Source: Cirrosporium novae-zelandiae (taxonomy: Eukaryota). From it: a DNA stretch of 64,000 nt. Each line of letters begins with the position of its first letter. The stretch's first letter is position 1. Location: contig JAPETS010000028.1 of assembly GCA_026023565.1 (NCBI GenBank), positions 186,001 through 250,000 of the forward strand. Direction: 5' to 3'. The notes under the pieces are model-generated. The model was not told the DNA's origin, ran no database searches, and saw only the letters and a list, made by a program, of their open reading frames with translations. This document shows positions 36,022 to 48,211 of the stretch, one piece after another. The position numbers and the translations under genes were made by a program.

Positions 36022-38038
36022 CTAACCCAGACTTCTCCACTCCACATACCGCTCACACCCACTATGGCCAGACGCCTGCAAAATATCGAACTCGGTTTGT
36101 GTCGTATTCTTGCTCAGCCGCATAGGCCACGGCTGCACAATAGTATTCTTCGACTTCATTTCTAGTCCCGCGACTTTACCGATATCCCGGAAACGACATT
36201 CGTGCATGTAACGCTGAAACGGTTCATCCAAATCTCTAAACATGACGCACGCATCCATTTGCTTTAAAAAGTCTGCGTTGTAGTGACTGTTTTGTTGTTG
36301 TTGGGTGATGTTTGAATTAATTGGTACGTATTGACGCACGATTGCCATCTCTGAGGTCATTAACTTTATGTAATCAGCCGGGATACACACCTCGTGGATA
36401 GCGTTGAGGAATAGGGCGACTAGAGTGGCATTCGGATTCTGGGTCTTTTGTTTGAGCAATGGGCCGAAGGACGTGAGGGTTGCGCCCAACCCGAGATAAC
36501 CACGATCTACGATGTTTGAAACCTGTAATTGTCAGCATATAGCCTCCGGAATGGGAGTAAATACGTCAAATTATAGAGGCCGTACCTCAATCCTATCAAA
36601 TGAATGTTGGCCCATCCCATATTGTTTGATGATGTTGGGTAATTCCAGGGCATCAACCTGGAACAGCTTGAAGGAGACGTCGAGTCTACCTATCTGTTGG
36701 CAGAATTGCTGAAGAGCATCTTGGACATAGAAGAATAGACTTCCATACATATCGTTTTTTGCAGGTGGTGCTTTACGCACGATCTCATCAATTGGCCAAC
36801 CCTGAAGAGGGTCTGCGGAATCAAACATTGGCCAGCGATCGTTGGTTTGATAGAATGTCCTTTATTCAGTCAACGGACAATCTGATTGACTTTGAGCCTC
36901 AAGAAACTTACGGATTAGGTGTATCGAAAGCTTCTCGAGACGACCCGAAGGGTAGAAGAATTCCGTCTTGGCGGAATTTTAATGAGCAAACCCGCCATGC
37001 AGGCGGTTGGGTGTATAAAGAACGGTGAAAATAATCTTCCCTTTCTGGAGCTAATGTTGTTAATGTGCGGATAGACTGTGCTTGAACTGTTGATAAGGAG
37101 TCGGGAACTTCAAAGTATGAAAGGATATCATCCCATTGTTGTTTTCGAAGAACTAGACGTAGCGATCGTGTGCCGTATTTCCATATTTTAGAAAGAAGAG
37201 TTGCAGCTGGTTTTGCTTGAATTTTTGCGCAGACTTCCTCGATAAGAGGTAGGACATCCCTTCGAAGTAGTTGCAGTGTTGCTGCAGGTATCAACGTAGA
37301 ATACCATACATGGACCATGATGGTAGCAGCTACGTCGGGGCTGAAATTTAATGCTGTCAAAAGGAGGATCACATTTCTGGCTACAATGTCAGGGTCTCTA
37401 TCATTAATTACAACATCGCATTGGCCTGTGTAGGTGGCCGGTAGACCTGATAATGATTTCACTACATTTCTCAGGTCGCCAGATGCTGTGCTTGAGTCAG
37501 CGGCAGACGAAGCTAAGTTTGTAGAAATTTTAAACAAGGCATACCGGCAAAAAGTATATAAAAATCTTTCGCAATATGGGTACCTTCATTTTGTTCGATA
37601 TTGACGAGATCCAAGGCTGGTACATTTCCCCAAAGATATTTGTGCATACCATATGCCGCGATGTCCTGGATATTTGAGTTATCATGATCAACGAACGCGG
37701 GCTGACGACCCTTTTTATCCCAAGAAGGCCTCCAAGCGTTTGACATGAGTGGAGATTTGCAATCGGATTTGTGCACAGGCCAATGATCTTTCTGGCATTC
37801 CTTACTACAATACTGCGTAGTTTTTATATCAGTACATGAGCCTAACAGTACTAACGATGGGTCTCGGCGAAGAATATCTAAAACCGACCTGGACTAGTAA
37901 ACAGCCTTTGCATACGTGTGGCGCTCGTTCTAGACAGGGAGAGCTTCCATCATTGCAAGCACGTTTTGTGTTAGCGCATTGAGTTAATACAGTACTCATC
38001 AGCCCGGATGCTGGCGGACTTGGACAACGGTCGACCAT
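36022..38038 (-). CDS. zf-MYND plus DUF4470-type protein
   Basis: CKGCLLVQ|YCSKECQKDHWPVHKSDC (MYND), 'YLWGNVPALD', 'LFA|ASGDLRNVVKS', 'DIVARNVILL', 'FDRIE|VSNIVD'. Four introns. Confidence 0.85.
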
Positions 38039-39255
38039 GACGGCAGATGAAAAGTGATTTTGTAGAAGTGGTTTCGTGTCTGGCCAAGGGAGGAGTAGCA
38101 ATCAAATCTACTTAAATCTCAATGGGTCTGAAGACATTGATGAATTGAAACATATCTGTACTGTGGTTGAAGAAAGAAGAAGCTGTCAGAGATTTCTTAA
38201 TGTATATAAAAAATATGATTGGAATTTACAAAGCCGTTATTCGTAACATGATATACATCATGAGGGGTAGCAGCGGCCAAATGACATATTCTTAAAAGAC
38301 GTGTCAGATGTTTAAGGGCTCATGTCGAAAGGCACATTCTGGAAAGCAGTACAACTATTACCATGCATGGAATCAGCACAGCAATCCTTGAATCAAATGA
38401 AAAAGCCCAACGACTCATAAATTGAGCCACTCCTTGAGCACACCAACTCATGAAATTCGACAAATGATATTGAATCCCGAATGCTTCATACCACATAATG
38501 CTTCTAAACCAAAGGAATGTAGTAAAGCAACGATGACTTAAAAAAACTCACTGATCCTCACCTAACTAGGGTCGTTGCTTGATGATAACCCTGCTCCATT
38601 TTCACCACATTTTTGATTAACGATTCTGATTTGAATCTCAATACCCCAGAGCATGCTAATCTTAGATAACAAGGATTCATCAGTAGGAAAACGCATCCGT
38701 ATCTTCCTGGCGGTTAATCATTTGTTCCCAAGTAACTGGTCCGTAGGATATTTATTACCCAAACAAAGCTAAAATCATTATCTACTTGAAGTCTAAGTAG
38801 AATTAGGCGACTTAACCGCCGAGCGGCCGAGGCAAATTAGGAGCCACCGCCTTATCAAAACTCAAGGCTCATACCACAGTAATAGGAAATGTGTTACGTG
38901 CTTAATGGATTTTGGGAATTTTTTTCACTCAATATTTATTAAATAGTAATGACTATCTAGGGGGTAGTGTGGAAGAAAAGGAGGGCGGAAGAAGAAAATC
39001 GTGCAAGCGGTCACGTGCATTATCTAACTCACCATGCTAGGGCGGCGTGGGCGGCAGTGTCAAAGTAAGGGCTTTGTATTGAGTAAATAGATGTTCGGTA
39101 CCTACTAGTATCCAAGTACAACGTACAGTGTTCTTTATTACGTTTCCAGATAATATTTGGCGGAGAAGAAGAAGAGCTCTTCGGTAGCTCTACGACCATC
39201 GAACACTCGCTAGGGATTGAGGTGATAATGTCTCTTGCGGGCTCTATATAACGCC

Positions 39256-40375
39256 ATGGTGTCATTATCAACGTATGAAGCTTCACCACTCACCTCCATC
39301 ACTCTAACTAAATACTAAACTTCTTGATTCTAGTATAACCTCTCTCCTCATCACCTTCGGGCCTATTCTCCTACCAAAACTCCTGAATTATTATCGTGGA
39401 CTTCGTGCCAGTACTGCTTCTCAATCACAACCCATTCGCCCTGTTCCTCCAAAGCCCCAATCTGCTCTGAATATCCTCTTCACCAGTTCCCTATTCTTTC
39501 TCCTCCTTAGTACACCGTACTTCTCACCACCAAACATATTTCACCTTACATCCTCTCGATTTATGACACCAAATGATGTCCTTTTCAACCGTTTATCTAC
39601 CCTGCGCCCGCTGACACCTCTTGACGAAGCTTTGAGAGACCGACTCAAGTCGATTGATAGCCGATTCTTATATTTTAAGTATGGACCAGACGCGATTGCA
39701 TATTGTTCTTTCTGTGATGCTGAGGAACCATCATATTATCTGATGTACTCGCTCCCTTCCCTACTGTTGCCTCATCTTATTCATATGATTATTCTCGGTC
39801 TGGCAACCTCCCTTCCTTTCTCTGGCCGGGAGGGTAGTCGATGGCGAACATTCTTCACTATAGTTGGCCTAGTGCTTGCAGCAGGAGATCTCTTTTATGT
39901 CATGTCCTACGACCATGCGACAAATTCAGCTGCTATGCGAGGAACAGTTACCGATATCTACCCATTCTTCTGGCGCATACACTCAATAAGATATATGATA
40001 TTGGCGATTACGGATATTGCCGTAGCTTATATCTTGTATCTCTCTTCCACCAATAGACTGTTTGTTGTACCGCCCGCTCTAGCAGAGCGACTGGAGTCTA
40101 GTACCAGCACGTTAGAAGTCGCTTTGAGGAAGCTACATGCTGTTGGCATCACAAGAAATGTGATTGCAAGGGACAAGGTCTTGCGGAAACGGGAGGAAGC
40201 ATATTGGGAACAGGAGAGGGACGTGATGACACAAGTCTTTGAAGATAGAGATGTGTTGGATGGAGTGAACAAGGCAATTGCCGAAGGAAGAGTAGATCTA
40301 ACAAAGGTCGAAGATGAAGCTGGGAAATATGCTCATCTCGTGACGGATGGTCTGGCGGAATCAGCAGCAGGATAG
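39256..40375 (+). CDS. Conserved fungal multi-pass membrane protein of unknown function
   Basis: MVSLST|ITSLLITFGPILLPK (intron 39273-39332), continuing into the 270-aa ORF with 'LYFKYGPDAIAYCSFC' and several TM segments. Confidence 0.8.
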
Positions 40376-40677
40376 CGTATATAGATATATAGAGCATCCT
40401 CACCAAACTAAATTCAAATCAGATCCAACCTAAATAAAGCTAGAAGTCTGAAAAATCGCTAGAAATTTATGTGATGCTATGGGTGGTCTCTAGTAAAATT
40501 GGTAAAAGCTAGATTTATGGGAATTGGGATTTACATATCAAGCCAAGAGTAATACTCAGTAAACTGGATGAGATGTCGGTCGGTTTACTTTAAACTGTTG
40601 AGAATATTTATGGACTGTTCCTTGGTAACTATTATATATCATATCAAAAATGGGTTCTTGGGTATATCATCTAATCA

Positions 40678-41373
40678 TTATTCGTGGTTCTTTTCCTCTG
40701 CACCAGCAGTCTGAGGTCCAACTTTCACCGGCTCCTTGTTCTTTCCCCTGTTCTGTTTTGGACTCAAAGCAAGGCCCAAAACCCCAGAGATCGCATCGAT
40801 AGCCAACTTAATCACATTTGCACAAGACCAGCTCCATATAAGCACGCTGACGCTGCCAAGGGGAGCCCTCGGGAATGAAAGCATATTCTCCACAGCCCAT
40901 GGTAAACCCCACTCCTCTGGAATCCAAAAGGCAGCCTCTTTGTTATTATACCATTGATATATCATTAGGAATCCGGTTGTAAGCGTCCACCGCACGACCG
41001 TTAGTTTCGAGTTGAACTGTGTCTGGGTAGATTGCACCGATGTCACTAATGCGTCATGGTCGACTTGGACTTTGTCATGTTGGCGACGAAGTTTTGCCCA
41101 TTTCGCGAATTCATCTTGTGATGATGTGGTGGCGAGAGAGCGTTTAAGCTGCAGGAGGTCTTTCCGTAAGATGCGAAGTTTGTTGGCAGAGCGAGCTGTG
41201 TTTGTTGGGAATTTTGTGTAGAGGAGCCAGACCTAGGAGGAGGGGTTAGCGAAGATTGAAGGAAGTGGGGGGAAATGAGATCGTACTAGATCATTAATGG
41301 TATTTGCACCGATGGTATTGAGGATGTGTATAATGAGCTGGAGGAGGAAGATGATTAAAAGGACTGACGGCAT
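40678..41373 (-). CDS. GET1: GET pathway insertase subunit Get1/WRB
   Basis: TM1, 'SSQDEFAKWAKLRRQHDK', 'LSFPRAPLGSVS'. One intron. Confidence 0.9.
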
Positions 41374-41814
41374 GATGAAATATGACTCTAATGGCCTGAA
41401 TATCTCATCGGAAATATGTGTAGCAGAGACCGTAAAAAGTACAGGTATATGCACAAGACCATTGACGTGGGTTGCGTTGTGTAGCCTTAATTCGGAATTA
41501 ACCTTAGAAGACAACTTTACAATGCTAAAATCATGCCAAGAGTTTCAAGCCTCCAAAATTGTCAAAATTGGCTGTCGAAGGATTTCACTGAGCCAGCAGA
41601 GCCTCATATTACCGGTCTCCCGCTTCTTCTGATCCCACTTTTCTCTTTCTCCTTTCCATGGATCATAACTAATAGATATAAGTAGCTAATGGTTTTTGTT
41701 CCTTTAATTTTGTTTCGAGTCTTTTAACCACTGTCATTCCCTTTTGTTCACTCGAATAACGTCTCTCATTTGCTTGTTTATATAGATATTTGTATTTATT
41801 TTCCCTTCTTCACT

Positions 41815-42836
41815 ATGGGATTCCCTAGTCTCTCCTCGGCATCAACCCGCCTAATGGTCTTTACTGTCGTCTTCTCATTGCCTGCATCCGCATCCTTCAG
41901 TCTCGATACCTCCGGCGAAGATTGGGATTACACGACCGCAGACCTACTTGACACGACGTCTCAGGCCTGCAAAGATGCCTACAGTGCCACTATTAATTGC
42001 GATTATACCCTCGTTGGACTTGTTGCTTCTATGCGTTCGGCTTTCAGCCCGTCCTCTTCTGATCTTGCCAATACCTGCACAGATACTTGCAAAGCCTCCC
42101 TTGATGCGTGGGTTGCCAATGTGACTTCCGCTTGTTCAGAAAAGGGCGACAAAGCTCAAGAATCCCTTGGTGGACGTAGCAACGAACTTACAACTGACCC
42201 TATCCAACTTGTTGGTCAGATATTCCAGTATGAGTTCGCTAAAGATTGCGCCGTGGATAGGTATTATATCTTGTACTCACCCGTTGTTCAACAAATATTT
42301 CACTAACATTCCGTCCCCCCTGTGATAGTGATGGTTTATATTGCTACAACAAAGACAAAAGTTACGGCTCAACCGACTTTTCCTGTAATGACAAATGTTC
42401 CATGAATTTTTACACCGTGGCACATGAGTACAAGGCCTCCTCATGGGAGTTCAACTATTATTATCTTATCGCTCGTAGCGAGTGGTGGATAACCCAATTC
42501 AAGGGAGGATGGCAAACAGTTGAGAAATGTGGTGGTATTGCAACTTTAACATCTAGCACTGCCCAAGCTACCAAGACAGTCTTTTCAAGCATCATATCCT
42601 CAAGTGATATATCTTCAGCCGCAACAGGGACCAGTCAGTTAAACAGTCACATGAATTCTACGAGTACGGTTACCGGCACCTCAAATGTGATCGCATCAAC
42701 TGGTATGCCGTCGTTAACATTAGCTTCGGCTTCGGCCTCATCCTCTGGAACTGGTGAAAGCTCGAGTAGTCAACTCGTTACTAAGATGATATTTCTCACA
42801 TTCTCTTGTCTAACTGGTTTGTTAGCTCTAATCTAG
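41815..42836 (+). CDS. Secreted Cys-rich protein with S/T-rich tail and probable GPI signal
   Basis: Signal peptide, 'SQACKDAYSATINC...CTDTCKASLDAWVANVTSAC', one intron (~42261-42328), hydrophobic C-terminus. Confidence 0.75.
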
Positions 42837-43780
42837 AACTTATCAGTCCAGGAAAGTCAATATAGAATTCAAGCAAAATAGGGTTTGTGATCAACGATCC
42901 CGTCATCTAGTCTTGGATAATATATAATTCAATTGGTTTGCTTGACGTCATGGATGCCATAGCTAATATTCAACCTCTAGCTGAGAAGCCGAGAAATGCT
43001 TCTAATTAATTGGATAGCTAGCATTGTTCATCTATTTGAAATGCTATGACCTTCAGGCATCCGCGTTCGGACTCGGTTCTCAAAATTGGCTCAAGTTCCT
43101 ATCAGGTTATCACTCCTAGCCCCGACTGACAGGGATCTTTGTTATCAGCAACTTTCCCCATGTATTCGTGGTATCCTACATACAATTGAAACTTATTGTT
43201 GTTACTGTTTCATGCATCCGCAATCGGAATATTTTGTGGAGAAATCTACCTTTTTGTAATAGTCCTTAACAGATATTACCATTTACGCCATGGTTTCATT
43301 CGACTGAACCCCGCAATCCCCAATCTCCAATTTCCCATCTTCCCACCTTCCCAACTCCGCATTGGTTTCTACAATCCATCAAATGACAACTTTATGTTCC
43401 TGCATATTCCGGTTGCAATCTATAACATGGGTACTAGCATGGATGGAATTCAAACCTCGCCAATTGCCGAAAGGCCATGTTTATTCCTATCCCTCTAACT
43501 AACAAAAGCCATATCAAGTCCATAGTTATCGCACGAACATCGGAATACGGGAAGCTCCAACGGACTACTTACCTTTCTGTAGAAAGATTGTTGGATAACA
43601 TCCCAAGATGCCATCTTATGCTCCAATTCCCTGCAACGTTACGTCGGTTCTTTACGTAGTCTCATCTGATGTATATTGACCTTACATTCTTAGATACCAA
43701 GATAGTTCCTATAAGACGAAGGATTTCCAGGAACATGGGGTTCCAGTCGTCTGCCAGTATCATCCCGACAGGCTTTAACC

Positions 43781-45980
43781 ATGTATTGCATTAGATTTGC
43801 TGGGCTGCTGGTAACGACATGCTGCTTCATCTCATTTGGTACGTGCACGCCATCTACCCGCAAGAACCAGAATTTATGACTAAACTTAGAAAGGACATGC
43901 GCGCTTGCTTGGGATTCCAACTGTCCCGTTTAACAGTTCTGTTACTGGTACCTCTTATTCATTCAAAGATTTGCAGGCGATCATTGTTGATTCACGCTAT
44001 GCCAACTCCTCGGATTCTAACGGATATACTCTAATCCCACCGACATTGAGTGACTTTGCAAACACCTTTAGTTCTAACTTTGCATTTGTTGTTGGCTCGA
44101 ATATATCCGTTTATATTGGATCTTATGCTCAGAAGAACTCGGTTTTTTTGACTATTGGTTCCAACTCTGCTTTCCAAGATGCTGCTGGCCGCTTTACTTC
44201 CGAAGCCTATTCTCTGGATATTACCAACCAAAGTATTACCGTTACTGGTGCCAGTCCACTTGGTACTTGGTGGGGTACAATCACCCTTATCCAGCAGGCT
44301 GTTCTCGGGAACCTTTCAATTCCATTTGGATCTGGCGTTGACTCTCCTGGATGGGGAACACGAGGTGTGATGATGGACATAGGACGTCACTATTATCCTC
44401 CAGATTTCTTAGTTGAGATGTGTTCCTATCTCTCTTTTTTCAAGCAGAACGTGTTCCATCTTCACATGAGCGACAATTTGTACAATAACGTTGACATTTA
44501 TTCTCGCGAACGGTCTCTCGATCTGTACAGTGCTTTTAGACCCTACTCAGAGGATGAAGCCGTCGCCGGTCTTAACTGGAGAACCAACGAATCCTACTCT
44601 CGCAGAGATCTTGACTACATTCAAGAGAAATGTGCTAGCCGTGGTGTAACCATTATTCCAGAACTTGAAGCTCCAGGCCACGCATTAGTTATTGTCCAAT
44701 GGAAGCCCGAGTTAGGTCTCGATGATCTAAGTTTGCTTAATATCAGTTATCCCGATACTATCCCGACAATGAAAACCATCTGGAATGTCTTCCTGCCTTG
44801 GTTTCATTCCAAAGTCGTACATATTGGAGCTGACGAATACACCGGTCCAGAGGCCGACTATATTACTTTTGTCAATGACATAAATGAATACATCCAAGAA
44901 ACATCTTCGAAAGACATCCGAATTTGGGGAACTTTTACTCCATATACGAACGGTAGTACGAACGTAAACACATCTGTATCCATTCAGCATTGGGAATTTT
45001 TTGAAGCAAATCCTTACTGGGGGTTTATCAAGAATGGATATGACGTTTTGAACAGCGATGATGCTTTTTATGTCGTTAATAAATGGTCCGGATCTTACCC
45101 ACAAATCCTGAATTTGACTCGTGTTTTCAAGGGAAGTCCATCGGGAGGGCCATATGCTCCTAACATATTCGATACCAGTAACTCTACAAACAATCCATCT
45201 CGCAATAATGAACATGTTCTTGGGCAAGCTGCTGCGCTATGGAATGATTATGGCCCGAATGCAACCACTGTGCTCGAGGCTTACTACGCCCTAAGAGATG
45301 TTCTACCAGCACTAGGTGATAAGCAATGGGGCGGGGACCTTACTCTTGATGAGTATTATCAGATTTTTGACACACTTCAAGCAGCTGTTCCTGCCCAGAA
45401 TCTAGATCGCCGAATCACGTCCAAGTCCGATACGATCTTGCAGTACACCTTTGAGGGAAACAGAACCTCTAAAAATGTCATGGACTCATCGGGTAACGGA
45501 TATAACGGCGTCATCCATGGCTGCTCAGTTAACGGCTCGACCCTCTTCCTCTCAAATGGGTGTTATATAGAGACGCCACTCAAAAGCAAGGGAAGAAATT
45601 ACACCCTCTCCTTTTCTATCAAACCCACATCCGACGAACCTGGAACTCTTTTCTCAGGCCCCGACTCTTCCCTCCTAGCAGGAAACGGCTCCATTACCAA
45701 CGTCACCATGATCAGCGGCGGTAATGCATATAGTTTAAATTACTCCCTCCCGGTCGATTCCTGGACTGATGTCAGCCTCATCGGAAGGGGCAATGCCACA
45801 TATTTTACAGTTCAGACTTCAAACTCCTCGAGCCTGGAGGTGATGGAGTTTTCGACAAAGATGGGGATCAATGGAGAGTATTTTGTTTGGGGTCCCATGG
45901 GGATTGAAGCGCCGCTGGCTAGAATTGGAGAAGGATTTGAGGGTCAAATGAGAAATGTTACTTTGTTAGGTAGTGCTTGA
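43781..45980 (+). CDS. Glycoside hydrolase family 20 beta-N-acetylhexosaminidase with C-terminal ConA/LamG-like domain
   Basis: RGVMMDIGRHY, FHLHMSD, IIPELEAPGH, catalytic HIGADE. Signal-peptide exon from ATG 43781, intron 43839-43893. Confidence 0.92.
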
Positions 45981-46759
45981 TCGGTTTTTTATCTCATCGA
46001 TGAACATAATCGAGACTGGGTGACTTTATCCTCGTAAAATATGCTGTTAAGCCCGTTCTCACTAATCATCTTTCAACCCACTTTTGCTAATTTCTTGACA
46101 AAAGAAGGAAGAAATATAAGATAATGCATGAGAGAATGTGAAGATTGAAAATCTTACGGTTGTCACTTGCTTATTTGTTCGTTTATCTCCTTAAAAATAT
46201 ACACTGAAAAATAGTACTTGAGGAAGATACAACTTGGCACAAAATTATCCAGCCTTTATGGGTGACTAGACCAATGAACGTCCACCGATTCTTGATGCAC
46301 TAGTAGAATCCTTGGACGTGGACGCTAGGTGTAGTAAGAGGCGACCTGATTAGACAGACTGGAGGATCGCTTTCATTTTACTGCATGCTGTCCTCTATTC
46401 GCCAAGTTTAGAGTGTCGAAAAATATGAATATATGGAAAAAAATATTCTCGGATGAAGGAGACTGGAAAGGCATCGTATAGTTTAAAGTGGGCGTTATAA
46501 AATAATCCCTGTGGGACAAGAAGGGTGAGAAAGTTAATTATATCAAGCTTTATGCATGTAATGGTTTTATTGGCCCGTGCATTGTTTATGCCCATCATTT
46601 ACATGAGAAGCTCCTCCGCGATTCTATCCTCCCACCCTTCCATCATCCAAGCCTATTCGAGGACTTTGTAAAGTAGAGACTAAGATAGGAAGGTTATTGA
46701 CTAAATTATCTTCCGAATTTTCTACGCTTGCAACTTTCCTTTCAGGCCAAACCGTCGCG

Positions 46760-47385
46760 ATGGCTCAAGATACCCCTCAGTCTCCCCCTCCGGCCGCTCA
46801 ACCAGTTAGTACACTCGTATAGTCCAAGTGGAAAAGCGTTTCAGACTTGGACGAGGCTAATTGCAAGCATGTTACAGCCATTATCATTCCTCAGACTTAA
46901 GCAAATCACCAATGATGTATGTTTCTATTGACTCCTTGTTGTACGTTCCGTCTCTAATAGTACGCAGGCTTGCGAATCCACCTTCAACTCTGTTACAAGC
47001 TACGACCACAGCCGGGTGAAAGCATGGAGCGATAACCTCATTGTATGTTTCTGCATGTATCTACACCTTTGCTATACCTAATACTTTCGGCGCAATTCAG
47101 AATACAATTCTACGATCGCTCGTCTCTGAAACTTCCAAGCCTCCAAGCAATGTACCTCCATTTAAATTTATTGTTCAAGGCACCATCATTCAACACCAAA
47201 CACCACTTTCGAAAGTTGAGCCGGGCTCGTCGGGAAGTCGAAGAGGCATGTACTCGGCATGCGGCGCACACTGGTGTGAGACGGCTGATGGGATGTGGAG
47301 TTATATGTATGAGGCTGGTGCGGCCAAAGGATTAGATGTTATCATCAGTATCATCTGGATCCCAATTGGCATTCCAGGAGTTTAA
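46760..47385 (+). CDS. Tctex-1 family dynein light chain
   Basis: Spliced 'ACESTFNSVTSYDH...W...NTILRSL...FKFIVQGTIIQ...RRGMYSACGAHW...DGMWSY'. Three introns. Confidence 0.85.
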
Positions 47386-48211
47386 GAGTATGGTGAACAA
47401 AATCCATGGTTACTTGATTACTTCGACTGATGGCTGAGGGTAGGAGTTGGGCGATACTTTCCCTTGCTGGGTATGGCGTTAATCTTTGAGAGACAAATCT
47501 ACAAAACAGCTGGTGGGAAAACAAGTATTTTTTTAATTGGGTTTAGGGAAGGGGGGGGGGGGGGTTCCAATCACTTGATAGTTTGATACTTTGCTCTTGA
47601 AGCTGGACAACATGACTAATAAGGATGACTGGAATCGAAGGATAACAAGTATGGTGGTACCAGTAACTTTGTGGTAGAGTAGACATGGTAGAGAAGGATA
47701 TCATAAGGCTGGGCTCCATTAACACGTTGGGCCACTGGATCATCAGGCAACAATTAAATCCGCTCGTCCTTCGACCCAAAGAAACGTTCAGAAAAAGGTT
47801 AATAATACGATGTACGAAGTACGAATGACGATCCATCCACTACCAACCGTCTGATAGATAGTACTCCAGTAGCTTCCATCTCGTCACCACTTTAAAATCA
47901 TAAAAAGGGATCGACTTTCAAATCATTCTTTCTGTTGCTGTATTTTCGTATATCTATTAAGTATTTTCACCTCTCTTCCTTTCCTGGAGAGAGAATCCTC
48001 GGCCGACGACTTTGCGACTAGACCACCTGTAGTCTGTTATCGCCGTGTCAGCACAGCCTCGTACATTTCAGTACAAAAAGTACTGCCTGATTTAACTTGG
48101 TCGTTTTTCTTCATCTTTTCAACCCTTAATCCACCAAAAAAAGGTTATATTGTGAAAGACTCATTGCTTGAATTAATTTCCTGATTGTCCGGGTCTATAG
48201 CTTACTAAACC

